Shown piece after piece: positions 38,498 through 49,743 of a stretch of 64,000 bases of DNA. The notes under the pieces were generated by a model. It was not told where the DNA came from. It was given only the letters and a program-made list of their open reading frames with translations, and made no database searches. Positions within the stretch are counted from its first letter, which is position 1. Each line of letters begins with the position of its first letter. Source of the DNA: Octopus sinensis (Eukaryota); contig NC_042998.1 in assembly GCF_006345805.1 (NCBI RefSeq), positions 70,990,001 to 71,054,000 of the forward strand, in the 5' to 3' direction. The position numbers were made by a program, and so were the translations under genes.

Positions 38498-39604
38498 GTA
38501 AGATTCAAATGAAAAGCATCCTGTTCATTCCATGCTAAATATTTGTTGGCAGCTATATATTGCTTCACGAATAATCTCCACGGTAAAAAAGAGCAACAAA
38601 CAATTTTATTTTTCCGTACATGCGTAACCATTTCACCGCCACACTTTAAAAAAAATTTATTCATTCCTCATTTTTAGAATTATTTTATTTGTACATTAGG
38701 GTTATAATAATTTAAATTTACATATTTTCTCCATTTCCTTTATGAGTTTAATAATTAAATTTCACCATTTTTTACGGCTGTTTTTTTCTCTTCTCTATCT
38801 TTTATGCATGTATTATATATTTCCTAATACAAACATATACATAAACACCCATACACACGGACAGACACAGACACAAAGAGATATACACACACACAAGCGC
38901 TCACATATAAAGATACAGGCACCTACTCATAAATACGAAGATAGTTAAAAAGTAATGCAAACAAAAACTGCATTACTTACTACTGAAGCAGTCACGTGTG
39001 TAAGTACGCGCGCACACACATACACAAACACACACAAACACACAAACACACAAACACACGTATACACACACACCAATTGTTTCCTTCCTTACGCTTTTGC
39101 AACATGTGTATTCTTTCTTCTCTAAACGGCAAATCTCTCACCTCCCTCTCGTGTATAGTTCTCTAAGCATTTTAAAGTGTTTTCTTTCAATTATATATCT
39201 TATGTTCCGCGTTTCAAAATCGTCTGAAGAACGGAGGGGAGAAACTGACCAAAGGAACGCTTTGTGAAGCTACAGTTTTCAATAAAATATGAAAATCAAC
39301 GTTACGGTTATCATTGATAATACTCTAACATATTTCTCTTCGTCACTTAGAGAGTACTTAAACACAATATATCAATGCACATATACATACACATATTTGT
39401 ATACATGTTTATATAGAAATATCCTTGTTGTTCATAGTAAAATTATATACTTTAAAACTGAGGAAGTAACATTATTAAAATTGTGTAATTACCGTAAACA
39501 ATGTCAATTACGCATGCAAAATTGTACCACGAGCGTTGCAGAGCGGGAAAAGTGTTAACTGATTAAATGGGTCCCTGAGCATTTTCTACCACGGTACATC
39601 TGGA

Positions 39605-39870
<266 letters not shown>

Positions 39871-40657
39871 TGCTACATACATATGAAGAAATAGGGTAAT
39901 CGTATATATGCATACGTATCTATCGACATATACATGTGTTTGTGGATATGTGGATGTGTGGCTGTGTGCATGCGTGCATGTATATCTCTCACATGCATAA
40001 TGCATACACATTCCGTACCATTTGCACACACATTGCATACACACACACATCCAAGTACAATACGTATCATCAATGATCACGTGAAGTGTGTGTATGTGTG
40101 TGTGTGTGTATGTGTCTATTCATGAATTATGTTTGAATGCATATATGTGGTAAATAAGAGTGATATGGCGGTGACTGAACCAACTCATTGTTGGCGTTTA
40201 TTGAGAAACAAAAATAGGAAAATGAAATGATGTGCATCTCAAGCAACATCCAGATGTAAATAGTGGAGAAAATATAAAACTCTGAATACAAAATTAAGGG
40301 GATACAAAAAAAGAGATCTCTACGCGTATACATACAATAAGAAATACACTTTGATATACGTATTTAGAGATCGTCATTTGCACACTTGCGAATATGTAGG
40401 CGCCGCACACACACACGCATACACAACCACATATATGCGTTCGCATCTGTGTGTATAAATGCATGCATGAATATGTGTATCTGGCTGTTTCTGCCTGTGC
40501 ATACTTACATACACACAGATCTAAGCCATCACTAGAACTGTAAAAACAATCTGTTAAACTTTCCAGAAGTTTATTATTTAAGTATATATGAGCATTACTA
40601 GATATAGAAGAATATACATGAGACGACATACATAAGACAAAAAATACAAAGCTGGAC

Positions 40658-40830
40658 GTATACATACATACATATACATACATACATACATACATACATA
40701 CATACATACATACATACATACATACATACATACATACCCTGTTGTTGATGTTGAAATTCTAATGAAGAAGTCCTGTATCTAAGTTAGAAACCGGCCCTTT
40801 CACCATTAGCAAGAAATCCTGAAATAAAAC
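40658..40830 (-). mobile_element. (TATG)n-tailed repeat family copy
   Basis: (TACA)n then ccctgttgttgatgttgaaattctaatg, the reverse complement of the 32472 and 34338 element ends. Confidence 0.7.
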
Positions 40831-40878
40831 TGAATAATGATATACATACATACATACATTCATATATACATACATACA

Positions 40879-40911
<33 letters not shown>

Positions 40912-41018
40912 TCATACATACATACATATATTCATATATACATACACACATGCATATACTTATGTGTGTATACTTTTATTCTTTTATTTGTTTCAGTCAT
41001 TTACTGTGTATATATATA

Positions 41019-41058
41019 TAATAATAATAACAATAATAATAATAATAATAATAATAAC

Positions 41059-41093
<35 letters not shown>

Positions 41094-41097
41094 TAAG

Positions 41098-41129
<32 letters not shown>

Positions 41130-41145
41130 TAATAATAATAATAAC

Positions 41146-41208
<63 letters not shown>

Positions 41209-41238
41209 AATAATAATATAATAATAATAATAATAATT
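41019..41238. repeat. (AAT)n/(GAT)n microsatellite
   Basis: Direct reading; source of the poly-N/I ORFs. Confidence 0.95.
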
Positions 41239-41586
41239 TGAGGGAATATTATTTCTAACTTACATGGAAAAATTCAATTTAGAAATACTAAATCAAATTT
41301 CACAAAATATAATATATATATATATATAAAAATTAGAAAAAACCCACCTTTTAACAATTCAAAATGAACAATTAAATTACACCACCTAGAAAATAACATA
41401 TAATAAAATATTTAATATAAAGTAACTATAATATACCGATGATTAAGTAATGTGCAAAATAATAAATAAAACGTCATTGTTATTTTATATTTAATATTTC
41501 TATTATATGTAATTTTCTAGATAGTATAATTTAAGTGTTCATTTTGAATTGATAAAAAGTGTTTTTTCTAATATATATATATATAT

Positions 41587-41631
<45 letters not shown>

Positions 41632-41712
41632 ACGAAAAAAACAAAAGACGAAGACAGGTGGTGTACAAAACAAACAGATGTATTAGTATAACGCTCAGGA
41701 ATAGAAAAAAGT

Positions 41713-41748
41713 CTTTCACGTTTCGAGCCTACGCTCTTCTACAGAAAG
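41713..41748 (-). ncRNA. Degenerate minimal HHR (GAGC/GCUC family) within a PLE-terminus-like repeat (about 41625-41790)
   Basis: Reverse complement: CUUU / CUGUAGA-A / GAGC-GUAG-GCUC / GAAAC / GUG / AAAG; A6U and non-cleavable G17. Confidence 0.5.
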
Positions 41749-41863
41749 GGACACAGAAAAAACAAGGAGAGAAACAAGGAGAGAAAAATATCTCGTGTGT
41801 GATGTGTATATATATAAGTAGAGAAAAAATGTGTGTAGTGGCTAACGATCTATCATGGCGATA

Positions 41864-41895
<32 letters not shown>

Positions 41896-41992
41896 TATAT
41901 ATTAATAATTCGAGACAAAACCACTATTTTGCAAAACAAACAAGGAAAGACTTAATCAATACATAAAAATTTTAATATAAAGAAATAAACCG

Positions 41993-42035
41993 CCACTACA
42001 ATCGTTTCATGTCTTCAATGACATTCGTCAGGTGG
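41993..42035 (-). ncRNA. Type I hammerhead ribozyme, canonical core (mirror copy)
   Basis: Exact reverse complement of 42096-42138. Confidence 0.8.
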
Positions 42036-42095
42036 ATTTTCGATCTCCTAATCTGTTTTAATTCATAAATTAAAACAGATTAGGAGATCGAAAAT

Positions 42096-42138
42096 CCACC
42101 TGACGAATGTCATTGAAGACATGAAACGATTGTAGTGG
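42096..42138 (+). ncRNA. Type I hammerhead ribozyme, canonical core
   Basis: CCAC / CUGACGA (42100-42106) / AUGUC-AUUGAA-GACAU / GAAA / CGAUUG / UA (cut after 42134) / GUGG; ACGAUUGU can self-pair intermolecularly over 8 bp with two G-U pairs. Confidence 0.85.
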
Positions 42139-42309
42139 CGGTTTATTTCTTATATTAAAATTTTTATGTATTGATTAAGTCTTTCCTTGTTTGTTTTGCA
42201 AAATAGTGGTTTTGTCTCAAATTATATTATATAATATTTTACTATAAAATTGGATTTAATCCTAAATCTGATTTTTCCCTGTAAATTTGGATTTATTCCC
42301 TAATATATA

Positions 42310-42344
<35 letters not shown>

Positions 42345-43844
42345 ACTGGCATGTTATTTAAATGAAGAATGCCTTGTTTCATGTGGGTAATTTTTAACCA
42401 GTAACTTGAACCACCAGATTTAAATCTTTTTATACCATAGTGTGTTGTTCATGGCAAATTACACGCTTCGCCATCTGCCCAATGTGCTATTCACTTTAGT
42501 CACATAATGTATCTACGCCATTGTTATTCAACATCGTTGCTTCTTTTTCTCTTGTAACTATACTTCATGATTCCCTTTAATTGTTTCGATGTAAGAGGAT
42601 TTTATGCTTCAAGTCAAAAGCACAGCATCGCAAATTTCCCTCAGAACATACATCTGGTAAATTAACATTGACTTGGATATTCTCCAATTACTTTCCTGTA
42701 CGTATCATTTACAATTGCGTTCAATCTTACGCATGCACACGTACACATATACATGCACACACACTGATACACACACATACACACACACACGCACATGCAT
42801 ACACACATACTTACACATAGACACGTATATATACACGTTCTACAGTTTCTATCTTTATTTGGTATATACACTTCTGCCACACCATTTGTCAGGTGATAAC
42901 TAACATTTCCAAATACTCTTAGCTAATGTCAGGGTTCTTCTTACATCACATCAAATTAAAGAAAACACAATCAAGAAACTGGAGTGGTTTTATCTTTCAT
43001 GCATACATCTAGTAATGTTGGTGTGTTGGTGTATAAATAATAGGTGTTTAAATTATGTTTTATAGATGTCTCAGCCCTCTGTAAGAATTATTTTTCGAGT
43101 TATGTCTATGTGTTAAACTTGTTAGTATTTTTCTAATAAATGAATACATACTCAGTTGGGAGAGAAAAGAGAAGACATAATGCTGAATGATAATCACCAC
43201 TATGTTGCTAATTTATATTCGATCTCAATGGATATCTAAGATATATAGACAGCAGGAAAACTACCATATATTCAATGTGTCACAACATAGCCATCCTCTA
43301 AAATATAAAAAAAAACGATGATACATTAATGCCAATGACAGACAAACACCCATGTCATTTCATCAACTCAAACACGTTTATGAGTTTTCGTTTGCAATTT
43401 TAATTTAGATCGAAAATACCTAACTTTGTAAATTACCGTTTCACGCCGTGTTCATCCAGCACTTTCTTAGTATTATAATTAGCATTCAATATAACTTTAT
43501 TTAAGAATTTCAAAAAGGTTGACAGTTTTAAGCTGTTTCTTTCATCTGTATTTCAAACAAAACATCTTTTAATTGATACATACGACTAGCGAGTATGTAC
43601 AAGATCACACGTGAATTTTATTACAAATATATCTAATTATACATTAATCAATATCTATCACATGCCAACCGATACATACGTGGATATGTCATTTAGTGAG
43701 TCCGTTTATCAGTTATTTTCTTTATTATAATGCCTGCTACGAATTTGCTTTAAAGTTCTTTGCAGTTACATGATTCATATAATAAAACATCAAATATACA
43801 AGTATCTAATTTATTGTATGTGTATTAATGTTACTATTTCAAAA

Positions 43845-43985
43845 GTGGTAGATTGGCAGGATCTGTAGTGCATCGACCAAAATACCGTAAGGTATTTGAT
43901 CTGGTCTTCTTAAATTTGAGTTCAAATACAGCTTGAGTCAACACTGCTATCAATGCCCATCCCTGTCAGTATCAATAAAAAAAAT
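43845..43985 (+). mobile_element. Highly diverged SINE (family B-like)
   Basis: gtggtagattggcaggatc...ttgagttcaaatacagc resembles the 5231 head. Confidence 0.45.
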
Positions 43986-44190
43986 TTCACATTTTCAAAT
44001 TGACTAGATCTCGTTGCGTTTCTCGGGTAAGCAATATTCTCAAGTGTCCTCAAGTGAAACTTTTATTATAATACATGTAAAAAGCAATATAGTTAATCCA
44101 AACATGAACAAAGACAAAACACAACAACACGATGACTTGGAACAAGTATAGTGTTATTGGACGCTCGGGAGAGGAAAGAAAGAAGGATGA

Positions 44191-44216
44191 TTTAACGTGG
44201 AGCTCTTCGTCAGAAA
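44191..44216 (-). ncRNA. Truncated HHR remnant (GAGC/GCUC family)
   Basis: Reverse complement UUU / CUGACGA-A / GAGC-UC..ACGUUAAA; the GAAA segment is deleted; the flanks match 26270-26330. Confidence 0.4.
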
Positions 44217-44839
44217 CATAGAAAAAGGAAAGGTCCAAGGAAGAGAAGACGGGGAAAGAAAATCACCAACGATACACACGCGGTCACATATTGAAAAGAA
44301 ATATAGTTGCTTGAGGAAGGCTTGGGGTTGATACTTAAGGAAAACTGCAGAAAGATTTTTGTTTCATTGATTTTTAAGTTATATTTACATACATAACATT
44401 TCATGTTCAAAATAGTTACAATTTAGCAGAAAGACGAAGCAATTTAACGGTAATCACCTGGCCAAAGACAAAAAAAAATAAATAAATACAAGCTCAAAGC
44501 ACATTACTGATTGTACAAGTCGAAGAAGAAAATGGATATTTAGTGAAGTATTAATAACGAAAAATATCCAATACTAAAGAATTCCAGAAGACAATACTGA
44601 AATAATGTAGAATAACAAGCTCTAAGTTGTCAAACTGTCATTCATTTCTGGGTGCACTGTCACCTATAACTGAAACAGCTGCGAGCCATGAAAATGATTA
44701 AGTAATTATCTTCTGGTTTATGTAAGAGCTCAGAGGTGACGTCAGTGAATTCACATTATCTCGCCACCAGAATTTACAAATACCATTCATTATAAGAAGT
44801 CGGAATTCTAATGGGCGGTTATTGGTTCTGATGTGCCTA

Positions 44840-44980
44840 AGTAGATATAACGACATGGTTTAGGATTCAGTCCCACTGTATCTCAACTTGCCTAAGTGTC
44901 TTCTATTATAAACCTGGCAGATCCAAGCCTTATGAATGTATTTGGTAGACGGAAACTGAATGAAGCCTGTCGTACATACA
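44840..44980 (+). mobile_element. tRNA-derived SINE (family A), diverged 5' half
   Basis: acatggtttaggattcagtcccactg...aagtgtcttctattata...ttggtagacggaaactgaatgaagcctgtcg. Confidence 0.75.
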
Positions 44981-44984
44981 TGCT

Positions 44985-47115
44985 GGTCATCTACTCCTTC
45001 TGTAGAATCTGGCCACCTCTTCTACCTACATCTTAGATCCATCATGGTGTCTAATGTGGCATTTTAAACCAAACAATGTATCGAAAAGACAGCTGCATAA
45101 ATTGCATATACAATTGGGACTGCCAAGAGCTACAGTTAAGTTCTGATCTTCGTAAATCTTAAAATGTCTTTTGAGGTTCCCGTTAGATGTGTAGACCTTA
45201 CGGAATACACGGCATAGAAAGGTGTGCACAGATATAAAGGCAGAATAGTCAGTGGGAGTTCGCTTTTCATGGTTCTGCAAATGAAATTCGAGCCTAGCAA
45301 AAGGAAGGCATAGTCCGTCACAAACTGTACACATAAAAAGGTCACTGAGATTCACCTCCTCGATCGCAACATTCTTGCTTAAATCTCTCTTGAATCTTGC
45401 ATGTTTTATCTTGACCTCCTCAAACGCTTTCACTCCACAGTTTTGTTAGCCATCCAGCTTGATCCAAAGCAAGGGTTTCTATGGACTTTGGATCCATTGT
45501 AAGTGACTTCATGGCAGTCATTGAGCCGCCCTTAAATCTCATTTTAGGCTTACACCGATTGTGTTTCTCCTCCATAAGCTCGTCATAAAACAACTGGTTG
45601 GGCGTGCAATCATCTGGCATTCGAACGATATGGCCAGATTAACTGATTTGGATTTTCAGAATCATTGAATTAATTGATGTCTGCAGACGCAAAGATATAT
45701 GTTGCTGGAGTAAAAAGGTCCATTTAATGTTTAAAATACGATGAAGGCATTTTTGGTGGAAGCGTTCTAAAATTTTGAAACGTCTTTCGTAACATGTCCA
45801 TGTTTCGGAAGAATACAACAGGGAAGGAATGCCAAGCGTTTTGTAAAGAGCCAATTTTTAGTTGTTATCTATTGGGTTGTCTGGAAATTTCGAGCCGATG
45901 TATAGTAGCTTACATTTCGACGTATTTTAGAACATGGTTCAGTCCATAAAATAGGATTTGACAACAACTTATTTAGAGCAGAGTTTAAGCTATATTTTCC
46001 TGGAAGAAGGTTTATGTTCCTATAACCTGTGTTAATTCTGTAATTCTTTAAAATGGAAGTTAAGAAAGTTCATTTTCGGCACTTGATGATTTGGGAACCA
46101 GACAAAATTTGCTGCAGCTCGGCTGGGATGTGTTACACCACCCTCCATATTCACCACATATTGCTCCTTCGGATTTCCACTTATTCAGGTCTCTGCAGAA
46201 TAGTTTTAATGATGAAAAATTCAATTCCTTGGATGACGTAAAAAGATACCTTGATGAATTGTTTGCCATGAAACCACCTCAATTCTGGAAAGTGTGTATT
46301 TTCAAGTTAAGGGAAAGATGGAGACACATTGTACAACAAAATGGTTCATATTTGGTTGATTAAAAATGTAATGACAAGTATTTATTGACCTTTTTCTTTC
46401 CTTTAAAAATCACCACGAATTTTCCGGACCACCCAATATATGTCGTTGACGCCAAACGCGTGACTCCAAACCACCAAATGCTAATGCTGCCCTTTGAATT
46501 CGCGGATGTATTTGTGTCCAGATTTCCATTTCTTTGTACTGAGCTACCAAAGTACATGAAAGAGTAAACAACCTCAAGTAACTTACCCTTAACGAAAATT
46601 TTAGTGGGGTTGCAAACAGCACTGCTTGCGGTTTGATACGTTACAACTGTTTTTTTATTTTTAAAGTCAATGGTCAACGTATAAAAGTTTCCTGATGAAT
46701 GAAATAAAAATTTTTATTTTGAACTTCAGTATGGTCAGATTATAAACATACTCTACTGTACGATATTTTATATAAATGCCTTCCTCGGAATTTTTAAAAG
46801 CGTGTGACAGCACAATCGCATAGTATATTGCAAAGAGGGTGGGTGCATCCAGGTCTCCTTGCTTTACTCCATTTTCCACGGCAAATGATTCAGAGAGCGT
46901 ACTACCAAAATTAATTATTGCCTTCTTATTTTGATGCAAATCCCTGATCATGTTTACAAATTTTCTGGTCAACCTAATTTCCTTAGATTTAGCCACAAAG
47001 CATTTCGATTCACAATATCGAATACCTTGATTAAATCAACAAAGCAATGGTATAGGCCAAGATTCTGTTCAATGCACTTTTCTTGATATCATCACTATTC
47101 TGTGTAAGTCGGACA
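44985..47115 (-). mobile_element. RTE-clade LINE ORF2 remnant (RT, thumb, three C-terminal C2H2-like fingers), interrupted by a mariner
   Basis: CFVDLIKVFDIVNRNALW, FAVENGVKQGDLDAPTLF, LLYVD, VYSFMYFGS, LLYSSETW, ERFHQKCLHRILNIKW, QLFYDELMEEK..RCKPKMRFK motifs; multiple stops and frameshifts. Confidence 0.92.
45872..46436 (+). mobile_element. Internally deleted mariner nested in the RTE LINE
   Basis: TA-flanked TIRs ttgggttgtctggaaatttcg / cgaattttccggaccacccaa; N-terminus MEVKKVHFRHLMIWE fused to the C-terminus HHPPYSPHIAPSDFHLFRSLQ...NGSYLVD*. Confidence 0.92.
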
Positions 47116-47431
47116 TTTTATCATATGTTATCATATGTACATCTTTTGTATTAAATATATTTATCGACTTGCCTTATTTGCTTTTTTGGTAGTTTATTTT
47201 GTATCTCTGGCTTCTCTCCTGCCGCGATATGAACATTTAAGGTGGTTTTAGAGTCAGGGTTTTGACTGCTATTTCAGCATGTTGGTCTCTCTCAGATACC
47301 CTAATTTATTGTTTTAAATAATTGTATAGTATTTATTCACATGCTGGCCACTTGATAATATCGATATTTCAATATATCCTTATCTATATATTATATATAT
47401 ATATATATATATAATATATATATATATATAT

Positions 47432-47463
<32 letters not shown>

Positions 47464-47651
47464 TATATAAAAGGGCTTAGTAAAATAAATACTTTGCCAC
47501 ATACTGAACTCATTAGAAATAGCAGCTAAAAAGATTTTTTTAGCTATTTCTAATACTTAAAGAAAATCTCTCTCAGATAGTGTTTGCTCAAACCAACTCA
47601 CGAAAGTATGGGGGTAAAAACATTAAAAAACTCACAAGTGCAAAGGTTATT

Positions 47652-47703
47652 TGAGAACGTACGTTTCTAGATTAGTCAAATCGACATTTCTTTCGTCAGC
47701 TCA
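47652..47703 (-). ncRNA. Type I HHR, array unit 1
   Basis: Reverse complement: UGAG / CUGACGA / AAGAAAUGUC-GAUUU-GACUAAUCUA / GAAA / CGUACG / UU / CUCA; perfect palindromic helix III ACGUACGU, imperfect helix II. Confidence 0.7.
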
Positions 47704-48205
47704 GAACTCCTTGATTCGGATTTGGGAACACTGAAAGTGGGAGCATACTCTTTTGGCTTCTTATCACCACCGGACATCCGCTCGAACTAACAGTGTTAAC
47801 AAATTCAAAATATGCAAGCGAAGAATTTCTGCTCTCCCCCTTCACCAGCGTGGGTTAAATTGTCAAACACTATGTTTTATCGGTGAAAACGAAGCATTAA
47901 ACAGAGAGAAATGAATTATAATTTCAACAATTGAGGGTAAAATTAATTAATTTATCACATTTCACCAAGTATTCAGTAGTAAAGGGACCATTTAAGCGAA
48001 TTCAAAATATTACATTATATAAAAGGGCTTAGTAAAATAAATTACTTTGCCACATACTGAACTCATTAGAAATAGCAGCTAAAAAAATCTTTTTAGCTAT
48101 TTCTAATACTTAAAGAAAATCTCTCTCAGATAGTGTTTGCTCAAACCAACTCACGAAAGTATGGGGGTAAAAACATTAAAAAACTCACAAGTGCAAAAGG
48201 TTATT

Positions 48206-48257
48206 TGAGAACGTACGTTTCTAGATTAGTCAAATCGACATTTCTTTCGTCAGCTCA
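48206..48257 (-). ncRNA. Type I HHR, array unit 2
   Basis: Identical to the unit 1 motif. Confidence 0.7.
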
Positions 48258-48765
48258 GAACTGTTTGATTCGGATTTGGGAACACTGAAAGTGGGAGCAT
48301 ACCCTTTTGGCTTCTTATCACCACCGGACATCCGCTCGAACTAACAGTGTTAACAAATTCAAAATATGCAAGCGAAGAATTTCTGCTCTCCCCCTTCCAC
48401 CAGCGTGGGTTAAAATTGGCAAACACTATGTTTTATCGGTGAAAACCGAAGCATTAAACAGAGAGAAATGAATTATAATTTCAACAATTGAGGGTAAAAT
48501 TAATTAATTATTAATCAATTTCACCAAGTATTCAGTATGTAAAGGGACCATTTAAGGCGAATTCAAAAATATACATTATATAAAAGGGCTTAGTAAAATA
48601 AATTACTTTGCCACATACTGAACTCATTAGAAATAGCAGCTAAAAAAATTTTTAGCTATTTCTAATACTTAAAGAAAATCTCTCTCAGATAGTGTTTGCC
48701 TCAAAACCAACTCACGAAAGTATGGGGGTAAAAACATTAAAAAACTCACAAGTGCAAAGGTTATT

Positions 48766-48816
48766 TGAGACGTACGTTTCTAGATTAGTCAAATCGACAT
48801 TTCTTTCGTCAGCTCA
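48766..48816 (-). ncRNA. Type I HHR, array unit 3 (one U missing at the cleavage site)
   Basis: As unit 1 but GAAA-CGUACG-UC-UCA; the 1-nt deletion may be an assembly error. Confidence 0.6.
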
Positions 48817-49179
48817 GAACGTTTGATTCGGATTTGGGAACACTGAAAGTGGGAGCATACCCTTTTGGCTTCTTATCACCACCGGACATCCGCTCGAACT
48901 AACAGTGTTAACAAATTCAAAATATGCAAGCGAAGAATTTCTGCTCTCCCCCTTCCACCAGCGTGGGTTAAAATTGGCAAACACTATGTTTTATCGGTGA
49001 AAACCGAAGCATTAAACAGAGAGAATGAATTATAATTTCAACAATTGAGGGTAAAATTAATTAATTATTAATCAGTTTCACCAAGTATTCAGTATGTAAA
49101 GGGACCATTTAAGGCGAATTCAAAATATTACATTATATAAAAGGGCTTAGTAAAATAAATTACTTTGCCACATACTTTG

Positions 49180-49226
<47 letters not shown>

Positions 49227-49480
49227 CACATACATACATACCCAGTAGAGGTAAGACATTATTATTGTTCACTGATATTTTTTCCTATCATGTCTGTAAT
49301 AGATTTGTGAAGTACTTTTTGGCTTCTATTTTTTAGCGATAGAGGTACTCATGTAGTACCCTTGTATATATATGTACTCATTTTATTAACTTATCTGTAC
49401 GTCTGATAATTCGTTTACCACTCGTGACGGTATTTTAATAATGCCATTCCTATATTTTATTTATAAATAATTCTACTTAA

Positions 49481-49526
<46 letters not shown>

Positions 49527-49712
49527 TCATATGCATATATATGCTTTTATAGGTATTCATATTTGTCAGTATGTATATTAACAGCATTTCGATATTTTGG
49601 TAATTTATGAGTATTAAATGCACTTTTAAAGTTCTGTGAAAAGGTAAAATATTCGATAAGCACGTATGGCATCGATAAAGTCTTTGACATACTATATGTA
49701 CATCTATATGAG

Positions 49713-49743
<31 letters not shown>

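Larger units (their letters stand above)
41912..42218. mobile_element. Near-perfect 307-bp palindrome with twin outward-facing HHRs
   Basis: Arms 41912-42063 and 42068-42218 are identical except for one A/T indel; 4-nt loop CATA; TA-rich flanks. Confidence 0.9.
47463..49176 (-). repeat. Head-to-tail array of three units (552, 561, 557 bp) plus about 40 bp terminal redundancy, one HHR per unit
   Basis: The unit marker aaagggcttagtaaaat has its GGG at 47473, 48025, 48586 and 49143; (TA)n on both flanks. Confidence 0.95.

Noticed and set aside
45026-45433. Zinc-finger ORF as a host C2H2-ZNF gene
   Set aside because: It is collinear with the frameshifted RTE ORF2 remnant and followed by a LINE-like 3' end, so it is part of the retrotransposon.
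47257-47301. Minus-strand CUGAGAGA...GAAA-UAGCAG-UC-AAAACCC motif
   Set aside because: The core does not fit CUGANGA, helix II is at most 2 bp and helix I is broken; too weak to call.
47463-49176. Tandem array as a CRISPR array or rDNA/snRNA cluster
   Set aside because: The units are about 555 bp and near-identical throughout, with no repeat-spacer pattern, cas genes or recognisable RNA-gene sequence; the context is eukaryotic.
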